Origin: Lama guanicoe
Taxonomy: Eukaryota
DNA: 38,149 nucleotides
Assembly (NCBI GenBank): GCA_013239625.1
Contig: MU053911.1
Span: 1,067,590-1,105,738 of the forward strand
Direction of reading: 5' to 3'
Shown here: piece by piece, positions 8,502 to 20,639 of the stretch
How positions within the stretch are numbered: the stretch's first letter is position 1
How the letters are laid out: each line of letters begins with the position of its first letter
Notes under the pieces: model-generated
The model's database searches: none
Told to the model about the DNA's origin: nothing
Seen by the model: only the letters and a program-made list of their open reading frames with translations
Program-made: the position numbers and the translations under genes

Positions 8502-11500
8502 CACACTGAATGTTCTCATGTTCCATTTTTACATATTTTCTCACATCATGCTTGGGTCAAGGTACCTGAGAACTCTTCCAAAAAAGACTGGTGCAGAGAG
8601 GCCCCGGGTCAGTACAGTGTTTCCTCAGTCTGCTTCGTAGAGAATCCAGAGGAAAGGCATCCAGGATAATCCAAACTCTCAGGTTCCTCAGTCCCAAAAA
8701 TAATCAGCCAAATTCTCGGTTTGTGATGGACTCATGCTGACCATCTGTGAAAGTTTAGGTGTGACCCTCATGCTGCCTCATTCTCAACACATCAAGTCTC
8801 ACAGGAGTCCCCAGGATTTGCAGATGGGGCTGTTTGGTGTCAGGTAACTAAGGGGTCCCAAATGTTCCTTCCATTCAGCTTTAGTCTGGATTTGGGTCTA
8901 GAGGAGGCACCAGCCTGTGTGCCCGGTGACAGGCCTGGCCAGGCGCTGACCCGCGGGCTGTGATGCTGAGCCACGAGGGCATCTGCCTGAGCTCAGACAG
9001 GCCCAGGCCCTGGTGTTCTTCTGAAGCCAGCCTGGCACCCCCAGGCCTGGCCAGTGCTCAGAATCCTTGCCTTGGGGGAAACCCTTGTCTTAGGGTTTGC
9101 CAACCGACTGCTTTCTCCACCTAGTCCTGATATGAGCCTGGACTTGACACTGGACCTCCAAGAGGGGAGGTAGCAGTCGGAGTGATGGAGGGGAAGGTTC
9201 CACTCGGGCCTGGCCGGTGGGTGGGGGCCATGGCAGGAGTGGGGTCCATGTTGTAGGAGGCGTGGCATCTGGGGTGTGCCCTGTGCTCTGATCCAAACGG
9301 AAATCCATGATTCCAGATTCTGTTCTCCTCGAAGTCCTGGCTTGCTTAGACAGACTTGGAGGAGTCAGCAGGAATGCTGAGTCAGATGCATGGTCATGAG
9401 AGGAAGGTGTAGTCACCTGATGCACAGGGGTGAGGAGTGCGGGATGGGGCAGCCATCGATGGGAGCCAGAAACAGAGGACAAGCAGGTGGCACCCTGAGA
9501 AGCCCACTTAGTCTGATTTAGCAGACAGAGCCCGTCTGCAGCTACACCACTCAATCAAAAATAGAATTGGACTTAAAGCCACATCCTTCTGCTGTGAACC
9601 TAACACGCACAATTTAGTTTGAGCAAACACCATCATCTGTGTCCCCTCAGTGTTGCCAGTTTGAATCTTTATTAGTTTTATGGTTTTGTTTGTATTTCAT
9701 TTGTGAATCTTGCTTTGACTTCAGACATCAATACAACACCCTCATAGTTTATATCTGATACTACATTTGCTCATATATGTAATACTGTAAAAGTTAGTCT
9801 TACGTTAAAACTCTGAGGTCAACATTTTTTTTTTATTTAAAAGGGTCCAGTTAAATACCTGAATTTGAAAAACACTGCCTCAAGTCAAACTTCCCCAAAG
9901 TCAGAGTTAACTGTCTCAGTTGGGTGTTGGATGTGAACGTGGGTGAGAGCCCTTTGATCCTCCCAGATGCACTTTGATTTACTGAAAAGGGACCCTTTGA
10001 ACACACAGAAATCTGACTCTTCAGGAAGTTAAAAAGTAACACGTTTCTCATCAAGTGGTCACAGAAATGCTGGAGGGTCTGGAAGAGGGTGTATCAGGCA
10101 GAGCTGACCTGGACAGAAGGTTGTCTCCCCTCTTCAAATGCAGGGCTCACGGACGTAACACACCCAGAGTGACGTTCTGCTGTCTGCCGAGCTGTTTCAC
10201 ACTCAGCCTCCCAAGTCTTCTCCCAGAGATTTTCACCCAGGAGGTCCAGACTGCAGCCCAGTCCTGTCCCCTTCCAGCCGCCGTCTCAGAACACTGTGCT
10301 CTGGTAACACACCAGCCCTATTTTGAGAAACCTGCCTTACTGGTTCCTGATGGCCACAGTGTCATTCTGTCCCTCACATTAGACCCAGAGCACCTTCCTG
10401 AAAGCTCCACAGTTAGTTCCTCTGCGAGAACTCCCCACCGTAAGAGGCGACCTAGGAAGAAGGGGAGCCCGTCCCACCCTGGTGTTCACCATGTGTTTGC
10501 AGAACATTCTAGGAGAGAAAGTGCCTTGAGCTACATTGTTTGTAACTAACTAGACATAACTCAGGTTTAAAGATTCACCTATCAAGTCAGGGAACTTTCA
10601 GTTGAAAAGTAAAATGTGACCAAGATTCATTCTCTATCAATCTAGTTAATTTTTTTAAAGCTTTAAATAACAGAAACAAAGGCGTCTTACATTTTTGTGA
10701 TTTTCTGAAATCTCCACTGTAGATTGCAAACATAGATGCAAAAGCCCTCGCTTCATTGCCTGCAAAACAGAGGAATACTTTCATTTGGGGGAAGAATCGT
10801 TAGTCCAGCACCGGCTTAAGGGTCAGCACAGAACCTGCCCTGCTGAATGGACGTCTCCGTGCGAGGCCCTGGACACCCGGTGTCTCTAGAAAAGACGTTC
10901 AAAGACCAAGTCTGCTGAAACTGAGGCTCCTTCCTAAGCACGCACTGCTGAGGAAGCCATGGAGTCGGAGTCAGCCTGTGTTTTCCACTGGGTTTGTTCG
11001 CACGAGTCCCTGTCCCCCAGCTCGCTGCCCATGAGGACAGGATACATTTACTAGAAACAAAAGCTTTCTAGGCTGAAGATGTTCAGCACTGAAAAATGAC
11101 AGGACCAAGGCTCACCTGGCAGCAAAAAGTTCCAGAGCAGGTGGTTCCAGTCCCAGCTCAGCTCCTGGTGTCCCTGTGCCCAGGGGGCTCGGGCTCACTG
11201 CCCAGCTTCCTCGCCGTGAACCTGGAGTGACAGCACACCTGCCGTGACCCAGGAGCCAGGGCACGGGGCCAACAGAGTGACGGCGCACCTTCCCAGGTCA
11301 AGGTGCACAGGGAAGCCTCATGGTCACGATGTCCCCACACTCCCTCCAGTGACCCTCTGCCGATTTAACTGTCAGTTTCTTGTTTATTCTCAGTTTTGGT
11401 GCCTTCTGCTCAGATCACCTGGGGTCCCTGGCCTTGCTGTCTCCCTGGCTTCAGTCTCTGTTGGCCAAGCTTTCTGACAGACGTTTCTCCTGACTCCCAG

Positions 11501-12148
11501 ACCCCCCAATCCCCAGCGGCCCCCGGCCAGGCTCCCAGCTCACCACCATGCCTCTGCCCGCCAGCCACCCGTGGGGTGGGCGCAGTGGTCCTTGCCTGGG
11601 TGAGGGGCATGTCCCTTCGGCCGCCCCTGTGCCCCCAGGTGCAGTCCTCACACTGTAATAATGCCCCTTGTGTGTCATAGCTAGGTCATGCGCCTCCCAG
11701 GCCTGATGTCACCTCCTCACTCCGTCCAGGTTCCTAGCGCTCCGTCTGTAAGACCCACCTCCCCCACAAGTGGTGACAAACTGTTAGACCTGTCATTCTC
11801 CTGTGGTTTGGTTTGTAAGTGAATTAAGAAAGATGAGGCCAGGAAAGATGCCACTTCAGAAATCCTACAGGATTTTACCTCCACCCTCAGGGTCCTATCT
11901 CACAGGTGTCTGAGTTTTCAGCTCCACACCTGTTCCCCCAGCTCTGTGGATTACCTCTTTCCTTAATCGATAAACATTTCACAACCACGTACACACCAGT
12001 AGCTGAAAATACTATTTTGGCTGAGTATATGTCCTTAATACATCATGGTTCATATTTAGAAAGTCTCACGTGGCCTTACAATGAGGGGTCCAGGCCATAT
12101 AAGGGAACTTCCTGGATAAAGGAAAACATGAAAGACCAGCCCTTTGAA

Positions 12149-12468
12149 TCTAAAAACAAGACACAAAACTTATTTACAAAACAGAAACAGACTCACAGCA
12201 TAGAAAACAAGCATCAGAAAACAAATCTTACCGAGATTTTCAGATATTCTATACATAAAACAGATAAACAGCAAGGTCCTACTGTGTATCACAGGGAACT
12301 GCAGTCAGTATCTTGCAGTAACCTATAATGAAAAAAATACAAAAATGAATATATGCATGTACATGTATGACTGAACACGACGCCGTCCACCAGAAACCGA
12401 CACAACACTGTAAACTGACTATACTTCAGTAAAGAATAAAAATTTTTAAAAGACACACACACACACAC
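12149..12468 (+). mobile_element. Short L1 3' end with an A-rich/(CA)n tail and a perfect target-site duplication
   Basis: L1 3' UTR motifs (acttatttacaaaacagaaacagactcacag, gcaaggtcctactgt, cacagggaact). It is flanked by aaagaccagccctttgaa at 12131-12148 and 12469-12486. Confidence 0.92.
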
Positions 12469-12624
12469 AAAGACCAGCCCTTTGAAAAATGTCACTATTT
12501 TTGATGGAACTCTTAGTTTTGGAAATTACAATAAAATTGAACACTTCAGTACTACATAGTTATCAGTGGATGTTTTTCTAAAGCACACGCAGTTGCCTGC
12601 CTCCTTACACAGTGGGAAGCAAAC

Positions 12625-12945
12625 ACAGTGTCCCGTGTCCCGTGTCCCGTCTCCCTCCCGACCCGGAGCGCCGTGGGAGCGACCAAGACTGAGCGCTGCA
12701 GGAACACGCACGAGCTTCGTGTCCTGGGGTTCTCGTCAGGCAGCGTTAGGTTCCCGGGCGACTCCACGCCCTGTCACCCGCTCGGCCGCCCCGAGCCACC
12801 GCCGCTCCCTGCCCCGGGCCAGCACCCAGGCGGCCGGCTCCGGAGTCGGGGGCGACCGCGTGGCGCTGCCACAGGCGCGCGATGGCACGGCAGCTGCGGA
12901 AGCTGGCGCGGGGCCCCCGAGTGGAGACAGGCGTCGGGTGCAGCA
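12625..12945. promoter_or_regulatory. Small CpG-rich patch, a candidate orphan CpG island or enhancer
   Basis: About 320 bp of GC- and CpG-dense sequence in AT-rich flanks, starting with (GTGTCCC)x3 at 12628-12648. Confidence 0.5.
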
Positions 12946-13667
12946 GCCCAGCACTGGCACTGAAGAGTCTAGTGGAAATACTGAGAGCTTAATTAAGCCA
13001 CAAGCTTAAACTAAAAACACCACTAACAGGATGTGAATGTGGAACTCAAGCTTTGACTTTAACACAGTACCCCAAGGAGAATAATCTGATTCACAAAACA
13101 AAACACTTCTCTGTCCAGGGGTATCAACCTCACATGTCAGGTGAGGCTCACCGCTCTGAAAGCCTCACCACAAATGCCAATATATTGATGGTATTGGTTT
13201 TAATGGATTTCTTCAAATATAACTTAAAATTCTTCTACCTAGTGCAGATACTAATGCCAAGTTAACATACAAATAGTATTTGCACTTAATGTAATGAAGC
13301 CAGCTGTTATTATGGTTAAGTATTTTTCTCAGAAAACATGAAATTAGATTTGAACAGAAGCTCAAAATCATAAAAAATCGCTTTAATAATACAAAGTATA
13401 CATTATTGATTCTCAGCTTACTTGGTTTTTATTGTTATTTTTCTCCTCTGCATTTTGCCGCCAGATGTCCTTCATGAATATTCATGAGGACTGTTTCCAG
13501 AATGTTACCTGCCCACTCAGGTGTCTGATACAAAACAGAAGGCTCAAGTCAGGTCACTTATTAGCCAGGCTCAAATCTAACATGCCTTGTTCTGATATGG
13601 AATAATTTTGAATAAAGGCAGGTTGTCTGCTGAATAGACCAAAGTCTGGTAAGTGTACAAGCTTTAG

Positions 13668-14340
13668 TGATTGATTTATCAAATATTTATAAGCCCCTTC
13701 TACTTATTGAGTTGGAAAGCTGTGGACTGATGATAATAAAAACGAATAATGCATCCTCAATTCCAATTTCCATGTCCCGAAGAAAATTATACTGGTGTCA
13801 GTGACCAGCATGTGAACAGGAAACAGAAGCAGTGCCGTATTACCGTAACAGGTTCCAGAGGAGGTCTGGGGTAGGAGGAATCAATCTGTCTTTGGAGTTG
13901 GGCTTTTAAGTATATGTAGGAGCTCGCCAGATAAAGAAGGAGGTTCTAGTCACAAAGAATAATAGTTCTATAAAGCCCCAGAACAACTTCATAAATTCCT
14001 GGAAGTTAGGCAGGTATGACAGGAGTGCAGGGAATAAGGTGGTCAGACTCAGGACATGAAGTGGGAGAAGCATCATCATGGAAGCCTGAAAAGGATACTA
14101 CATTTAAAATTTATTAAACAAAGAATTTTAATTTTTAAAGGGAACTTTTATCCATAGGAGTCACTAGCAGATCGTTCAAGGAGTCTGTGACCATCAGATA
14201 AGCATTTTAAATTCAGCTAATTCAGACTTTACAGTGTTTACAGTAGAAAGAAGGTCAGGGAAGCGGTACGCACACTCTCCTGTAACCTGGGTGTAAGAAG
14301 TTCAGGGTCTAAGCTGGCACAGTGGCCGATATCAAAGCAG
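13668..14340 (-). mobile_element. Old L2 fragment
   Basis: Starts tgattgatttatcaaatatttataag (reverse L2 tail), followed by purine-rich L2-like text such as gtaggagctcgccagataaagaagg and atcagataagcattttaa. Confidence 0.5.
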
Positions 14341-16649
14341 GCGGCAGACAGAAGAGACATCACCCCAAACTATCTTCCACCTTCTTAATGAGTCAAGTAT
14401 CCCCAAAATTACAGTGGTACGAACCTGGGGAAAGCAAACAAAAAACCTCCTGGGAACTCAAAGAAAGTATGACTATACTGCCAAATGTACAAAATGTCTC
14501 ACTGTCTGTGAGCATCAGTACAAGCACTCCAAAACAAACTAAAGTAAAGAGAGTAACACGAGTGCTGTCTCTGACCCTATTACCAATTTTCTGGGAAGGG
14601 TAACTTTCCTTTAGGCGTCTCCCTTATTCTTCCACAATTAAAAACAAGTTCCTGTGAAAGCCACCAGGCAAGATAATAGTAAAACTAATTAAAATACTAC
14701 TATCATTCAGGTTTTTAATCGACAGTCTATTCAAAAATAGTGCACATATCTGTAACAAAGTTGTCTATATACACTATGCACTGTGTATTAAATTGCTTAA
14801 GTTTTAATAAATGTTCCTCCTGAAGTACAACATGATTTTTGTCACGTTCATCTTTCTTGCTGATTTGTTGATGAAGAAGGAAAGAATGCTTTTCAGAATA
14901 AAGACCAATTGAATTTCCCAACCATTTCTTCTCCATTTTTTCTTCCATAATGCATATTCCACAATATTCCATACCAATTAAATAAGCCACAACTGTAATG
15001 GAAACTGCCAATCAGGGTTAAAGTAGGATAACCACCAAGTTAGATAAATTTAAAATCTACCAACCAAATCTAAATATCCAGTTTAATGGAATTCAAACTA
15101 CTTCGTACTACAGGAGGCAGTGTGTGAAGACTAGTTATCAAGAAATGAAAAATCAGCGTCTCGTGAGCTGAGTTAAATGTGATTATAAATCTGTATTTCT
15201 GAAACTGAAAGACTTTGTGTCAATGCTTTGACATAGAGCATAAACCACAACAGCGCACATGCTGTACAGAAATGATCCATGTAGGATAGCAATGTAAACA
15301 GTACGTCCTAGTTTCAAAATGATGTCACTTTTCCATGATCATCTTTCGATAACTGCTTACAGTGGTTTAGCTGTTGAAGATCTAAAATTCACTGACGTTT
15401 TAAATATTTCATTCTCTTTAAACCAAGTGAATTTTTAATAGTCAAAATGATCAAAAGATTTTTCTACCAGAGCCACACCCACCACCACCATCAATAACCT
15501 CTCTGACTTCTTTTTATTGTTGTTTTACATTCTAAAGTACCTTAGACTGACTAAAATACCCTGAGTCTGGGGGAGGGCTACGCTTGAATTCTTTGCATGT
15601 GTATCCATTTAAGTTCTCGTTAAGAACTCTCCTAAGGGAACTGCTATAAGTGAAAGATTCACGTTTGGCAGATTATCTTTTACTTGTATTAGCATATAAA
15701 ACTTACTATTCTGCAACTGTAAGAATTTAAGTTTTCTGCCCAGATCGTTTGTCATTTTCTAGTAGAAACACATTTACCTTAAATATACTTAAAAGCATCT
15801 GCTTGAACTGCTTTTAGATCTAAGAACTAACAGTAGACTATCAGACTTCATGTATGTTTACAAAAGTACGGAATTTTGAGTTCTTCTGATGCGGTAAAAT
15901 GAACGGGAATACTCTGTATGCTTCCAATCAAGGGAGAAATCCAGGAATCAAAGGGTGAGATTTGCGGGCGGCAACGCCAGTGCTTCTGTGAGGGCAGTGG
16001 CTGCGTGTCTTCTGCGGGAGGGGTCTTGGCACATTTCTCACTGGAGGATTAATACAACAGATGCTGTCTTCCCAGAAAAGAAGTCATTGGTTACTAACTG
16101 AAGGTTAACACTAAATTTACACATGAATCCTTTAAATTCAGAGGAAAATAAAAAGTTAAATACTTTAGCTAATTTTCTGCAATTTTTATCTGAAATGTCA
16201 ACAAGAAACATACATCCTTTAAATTTCTGTTTTCTCTCTTGGATTATTTTTCTATCACTCTACAGTGAGATACGTAATCAAAGAAAATGCTACCCTTTCA
16301 GGCATACATGAGCACCCTAGAACTATGATGTCTGCTCAATGACCATGAAAGCACAATGATATAAACAGAAAAATCAGTGAGAAGAGTAGCATCAGGTGAG
16401 AGTCTGGATTAATTAACTCTTGAATAACCTGTGCACACTGAGACCCTACATCAGCCTTCTTCTGCAACTTTTTTTCCTACAAATTTCAGATTTTTCAGTT
16501 TTTAGTAGTCTGACAAGTTAAACCGAAAACATTTTAATTTTATGGGCATTTGGAGCACAGAGAGGCTGAGTAACCTCAGTTATAAACCGTGTGGATCAGA
16601 AGCAACCAAATTCATTAGTTGATTTTAGTCATTAATCAGGAAGATAATG

Positions 16650-16970
16650 GATGGCAGAGCCTGGCTAGCTATTCACCAAACACCTTCCGTTTGTTTCTTG
16701 GGCACAGAGATGGGCTACATTTGCAAACTTCCTTTGCTATAAATGCAGCCATGAGAGCCTGACAGGAAGGAACCGGGCAGAAACAGCACACACCACTTCC
16801 AGGCCTGGCCTGTAACACGCTTGTCGTGAACTCCTCCCTTCACGTTTCCCATCCACTAGCAGAATGCAGGCGGCCCCTACGTCCTGGACTAGGAAAGTCA
16901 AAGGGCAGTCAGTGAGTGCAGTATTATTGGTTTAAGCCACTGAAATTTGAAGACTTTTCACTACTTCATA
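16650..16970 (+). mobile_element. ERVL-MaLR (MLT1-like) solo LTR relic
   Basis: ctacatttgcaaacttcctttgc...gcagccatg, accacttccaggcctggcc, and the terminal ttaagccactgaaatttg. Confidence 0.6.
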
Positions 16971-17289
16971 ATTTTTTACAAATTAGCCTACTGTGAAAAC
17001 ACAGAAAAACATTTATATTTTTTAACTAAAACGAATGTTTCAAACTACAGCCTCCTCATTTGCAGCTAATAATTCAAGTTCACTCTGATCTTGCCTAATT
17101 TTGACATCCTCTTTACAGACTGAAAGGAAACACTGCCTACTGCTCTTGGTCTTTCAGAGGATATGTGCTATTGGTCTTGTCACAGGACAACCCAGGACCC
17201 TAGAAAGCACTAAAAGCAGACAGTAAAGGCTTACATTCTGCTGTCCAATTCTTAACTCTGGAAACACTGGCTAAAGATTTTTAAATGTC

Positions 17290-17320
17290 AAAAAAAACAA
17301 ACAAACAAACAAAAACAAAC
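17290..17320 (+). repeat. A-run/(AAAC)n microsatellite
   Basis: aaaaaaaacaaacaaacaaacaaaaacaaac. Confidence 0.85.
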
Positions 17321-17504
17321 TTAGGAAGCAGGTGCATTTTTTTAACCTCTTCTGGTTTACAGAATAAAATTTCAATGTCATTTTCATTATTTTTCTGTAT
17401 AAAAATGGCTTTAGAGCTGCCTATTTTAAAATATATTTATGAATTTCTTTAAATGTATGAAGAGAGACAAGCTGACATCAAAATATCAATAAATGCCTAG
17501 TATC

Positions 17505-18380
17505 CCACAATGGAACACTGACCTCACACCTATCAGAATGGCTCTCACCAAAAAGACAGAAGCAACAAGTGTTGGTGAGGATTTAGAGAAGAGTGAACCC
17601 TCATGCACTGCTGGTGGGAATGTAAACTGGTGCAGCCACTATGGAAAATAGTATAGAGATGCCCCCAAAATTTTAAAAATTGAACTACCATATGATGCAG
17701 CAATATTATTTCTGGTTATTTACCCCCTCCCCAAAAAAGACCCCGGGAAACACTAACTGGAAGAGATACCTGCACCCCTACGCTGACTGCAGGGCCGCAC
17801 ACAACAGCCAAGGCACGAAAATGACCTGCACGCCCACCAACAGACGAGTGGGGAAAGATGCTGTGGTGAATGTGTGTGATAAAACAGAGTGCTCTCCAGC
17901 CACCAGAGACATCAAAGGGAAAGACATCTTGCCATCTGTGAACCTGGATGGATCTTGAAGGCTAAGAGAAATGAGGCAGACAGAGAAAGAAATACCAAAG
18001 GCTATGTGGGGGGGGGGGAGAACAAAACCAAAGAAAGCGAACACACTGACAGACACAAGAAACAGAAACAGATATTAGACTGGTGGTTGCCAGAGGTGGG
18101 GTGGGGAGAGGGGGTGGGAAAAGTGGGTTAAAGTGGTCAAAAGGTGCAAACTTCCGCTACAAGATAAATGTCACGGGATGTCACGTAAAGCACTGGTGGC
18201 CACATTAATAATACACTATTGCATAGTTCAAAGTTACTAGGAGAACAGATTTTAGAAGTTCTCCTTACAAGAAAAGAAAATAGAATATTAGCTTGTTTCC
18301 CACGATGACAGAATTCAACTGCAGTCCTCCTCTGCAGAGGTATGACTGCTGTGTGATGAACAGTCATGTTGTATGTTATG
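17505..18380 (+). mobile_element. Older L1 (L1MA/L1MB-like) ORF2 end and 3' UTR
   Basis: cacacctatcagaatggct, aagtgttggtgaggat, ggtgggaatgtaaactggtgcagccactatggaaaa, gaactaccatatgat, ggtggttgccagagg, ggtcaaaaggtgcaaacttcc. Confidence 0.92.
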
Positions 18381-20639
18381 TTTGAACATTTGTCTTTGGG
18401 ATTTACATTCCTTTTATAATCAAGGCAGTGGTACTATGATTTAAAATAATAGGCTCAAAATTAAATTTAGCAAAACTGAGTTGCGGTACCTTTATAGAAT
18501 CCCTGTCTGAGCAAGAGCCGTAACGGAGCTGAGAAGCATGTGTTCAAAAGCTTTGCTAGAGGTTTTTAATGTAAGGGGTAGTCACTGTTTTTCTGTTGGG
18601 GGCATGTAATACTGTTTGCCCTACCTCGGTGGATTCATTCCCCACTGCTACCTGAGTGATCTTAAGACTCCTAAGAAAATAGTAACTCGCTGCTTAGGAG
18701 CAATTACCTGCCTCCTATGAGAAAGCAAATCTGAGAAACAAGCCCGTTTGTGACGTATTCCTAACCCCACTTTAATGTGGCTGCCCTTCAAGTATACTGT
18801 TTGCTAAACCCACAGAATGACACTCCACCTTTGAAAAGAGCAGAGATCTGTCCCACAGAACAGGTGCACACAGAGCAGTGTTTATAGAAAATGAAAGGGG
18901 CATAATTAGCTGAAGAGTTCAATGAACCAGAAGGAGGAGAGTTCCCAACCGTTTCTGTGCACAGTTCTCAAGTTCTCCATTTGATCTCATTAGGACAAGA
19001 ATCACATTTTCCCATGTTTGGGAACTGCTATATCCTATTTAAATATATTTTAAATTGTATCATCAAAACTGGCTACGGCAACTGCTCCCTTAGAAAGCAC
19101 AACGCTAAAGTGGAGAGAACACGAAGGCTGCGGGACACGGTGAGAAGGGCGTGTGTCACAGAAACTGAGAGCAATGTTATGTTTATTTGGTGATGTATTA
19201 AGACAGATAGGGAGTAACTCAGAAGCAATGCGGTGGGGAGGTGGGCAGGGCAGGAGATGTTTGGGATAAACAGAAAAATTAGGAATAGAAACTTCTCGCC
19301 TGGAAGCTGGGCTCAAATTACTTGGGAGTGTTTCTGTCACTGACAGGCACGATCTCCAGCTCAGAGAGACTGTGCCCCGCACTGAGCGCCCAGCTAGGCG
19401 TGAGAAGTGCAAGCTCACCCGCATTCCACCCACCTGGCCCAGCGCTCTGGAATGTATGCATCTCTAGGGAGGGAGCTGGAAGTTGTGTCTTTGAGAAACA
19501 CACACGTGCACACGCACCTTTATGCCTGGCACCCCACACTTGTGTGGGAACCCATCTGTCCTCCAAGGAGAACCATTTCATAATTTTCACAAATGTTCAT
19601 CGAAGCCAATAGAAGCCTTAAAACTAGTTAAGTGACTCTGAACTCCTTCTGACGCCAAACTTCTAGGGTTAGCATGGGCACACTGCAGGTGTAATAGATT
19701 CTGAAGCAACAACTTGAAAAGCCGTGAATTTAACCCCTGGATGCAGATCCTGGTTCCCACTCCATCATCACAAACCACTCTGACCCTCCACCTTCTCACT
19801 GAGAACACACCTACCACAAAGAGTGACTGTATGCCTCCAATGAGATGGAACAGTCACACCGAAAGCTGGGAAGTACTATGGACTTGGACACACAGATGAA
19901 GAGAGAAAAGTAGGTCAGAAGGAGTAGAGACAGACTTTATCTGAACACTGTTTATGAGTCGGGAAGACAAGATTTTTTTCCCAATAAAAAGACAAAAGCT
20001 GGAGCAAGTAAAAGCTTTTAACTCCACACATCTCCCAAACCTCAAAGATTCAAAACCAGATGATTTATGAATAGACCTAAAGAATACTGGATGCTGGAAA
20101 AGATTCTGGCTACATCAAAATGTTTCCTTCTTACACTTAAAGGGTCTCACCACGTATGTACTGAAATCAGTGAGCTCTTGAGAAAAGGAACAACAAAGAG
20201 AAGACAACAGAGAAGAATTTAAAAAGTGTGGGAGAACCTCCAACCCTCCCAGTGAACACAGACTCCACTGTGGGCATGAGTAGAGAGTCACATGGTTCCC
20301 TCAGTTGCTGTCAATTCCAGTGCATTTCTCTTGGTTTTAAGCATCTTGTTGGAATGAGTAAAGATTAAAAGATGCATAGAGCAGCTATTTATCTGATGTT
20401 CAACAGTGATTTACTCAAAGTTAGTCAAAAAATGTTTCTGCTGGACTCTGTCCTACAATATGTGAGGAAACTGAAGAATATTCCAGAGTAATACTTCTTA
20501 TATTTGAATTGTACTTTTTCCATTTTAGAATTTAAGTTATATGTAAAACTTGATTCCACTCTATTATAATAAATAATTATAAAAACTATTGGAATGACTT
20601 CCTAATAAATCCGCCCTGGTTCCTTGACCTTTTTCAACT

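Noticed and set aside
14727..15011. 94-aa minus-strand ORF containing MEYCG, reminiscent of a kinase hinge
   Set aside because: There are no other kinase motifs in the correct spacing.
15848..16040. CREM bZIP or UBE2E-like terminal exon (PLIGSI resembles PLVGSI)
   Set aside because: No CREM basic region or zipper is present, and the UBE2E likeness is limited to six residues with no other exons found.
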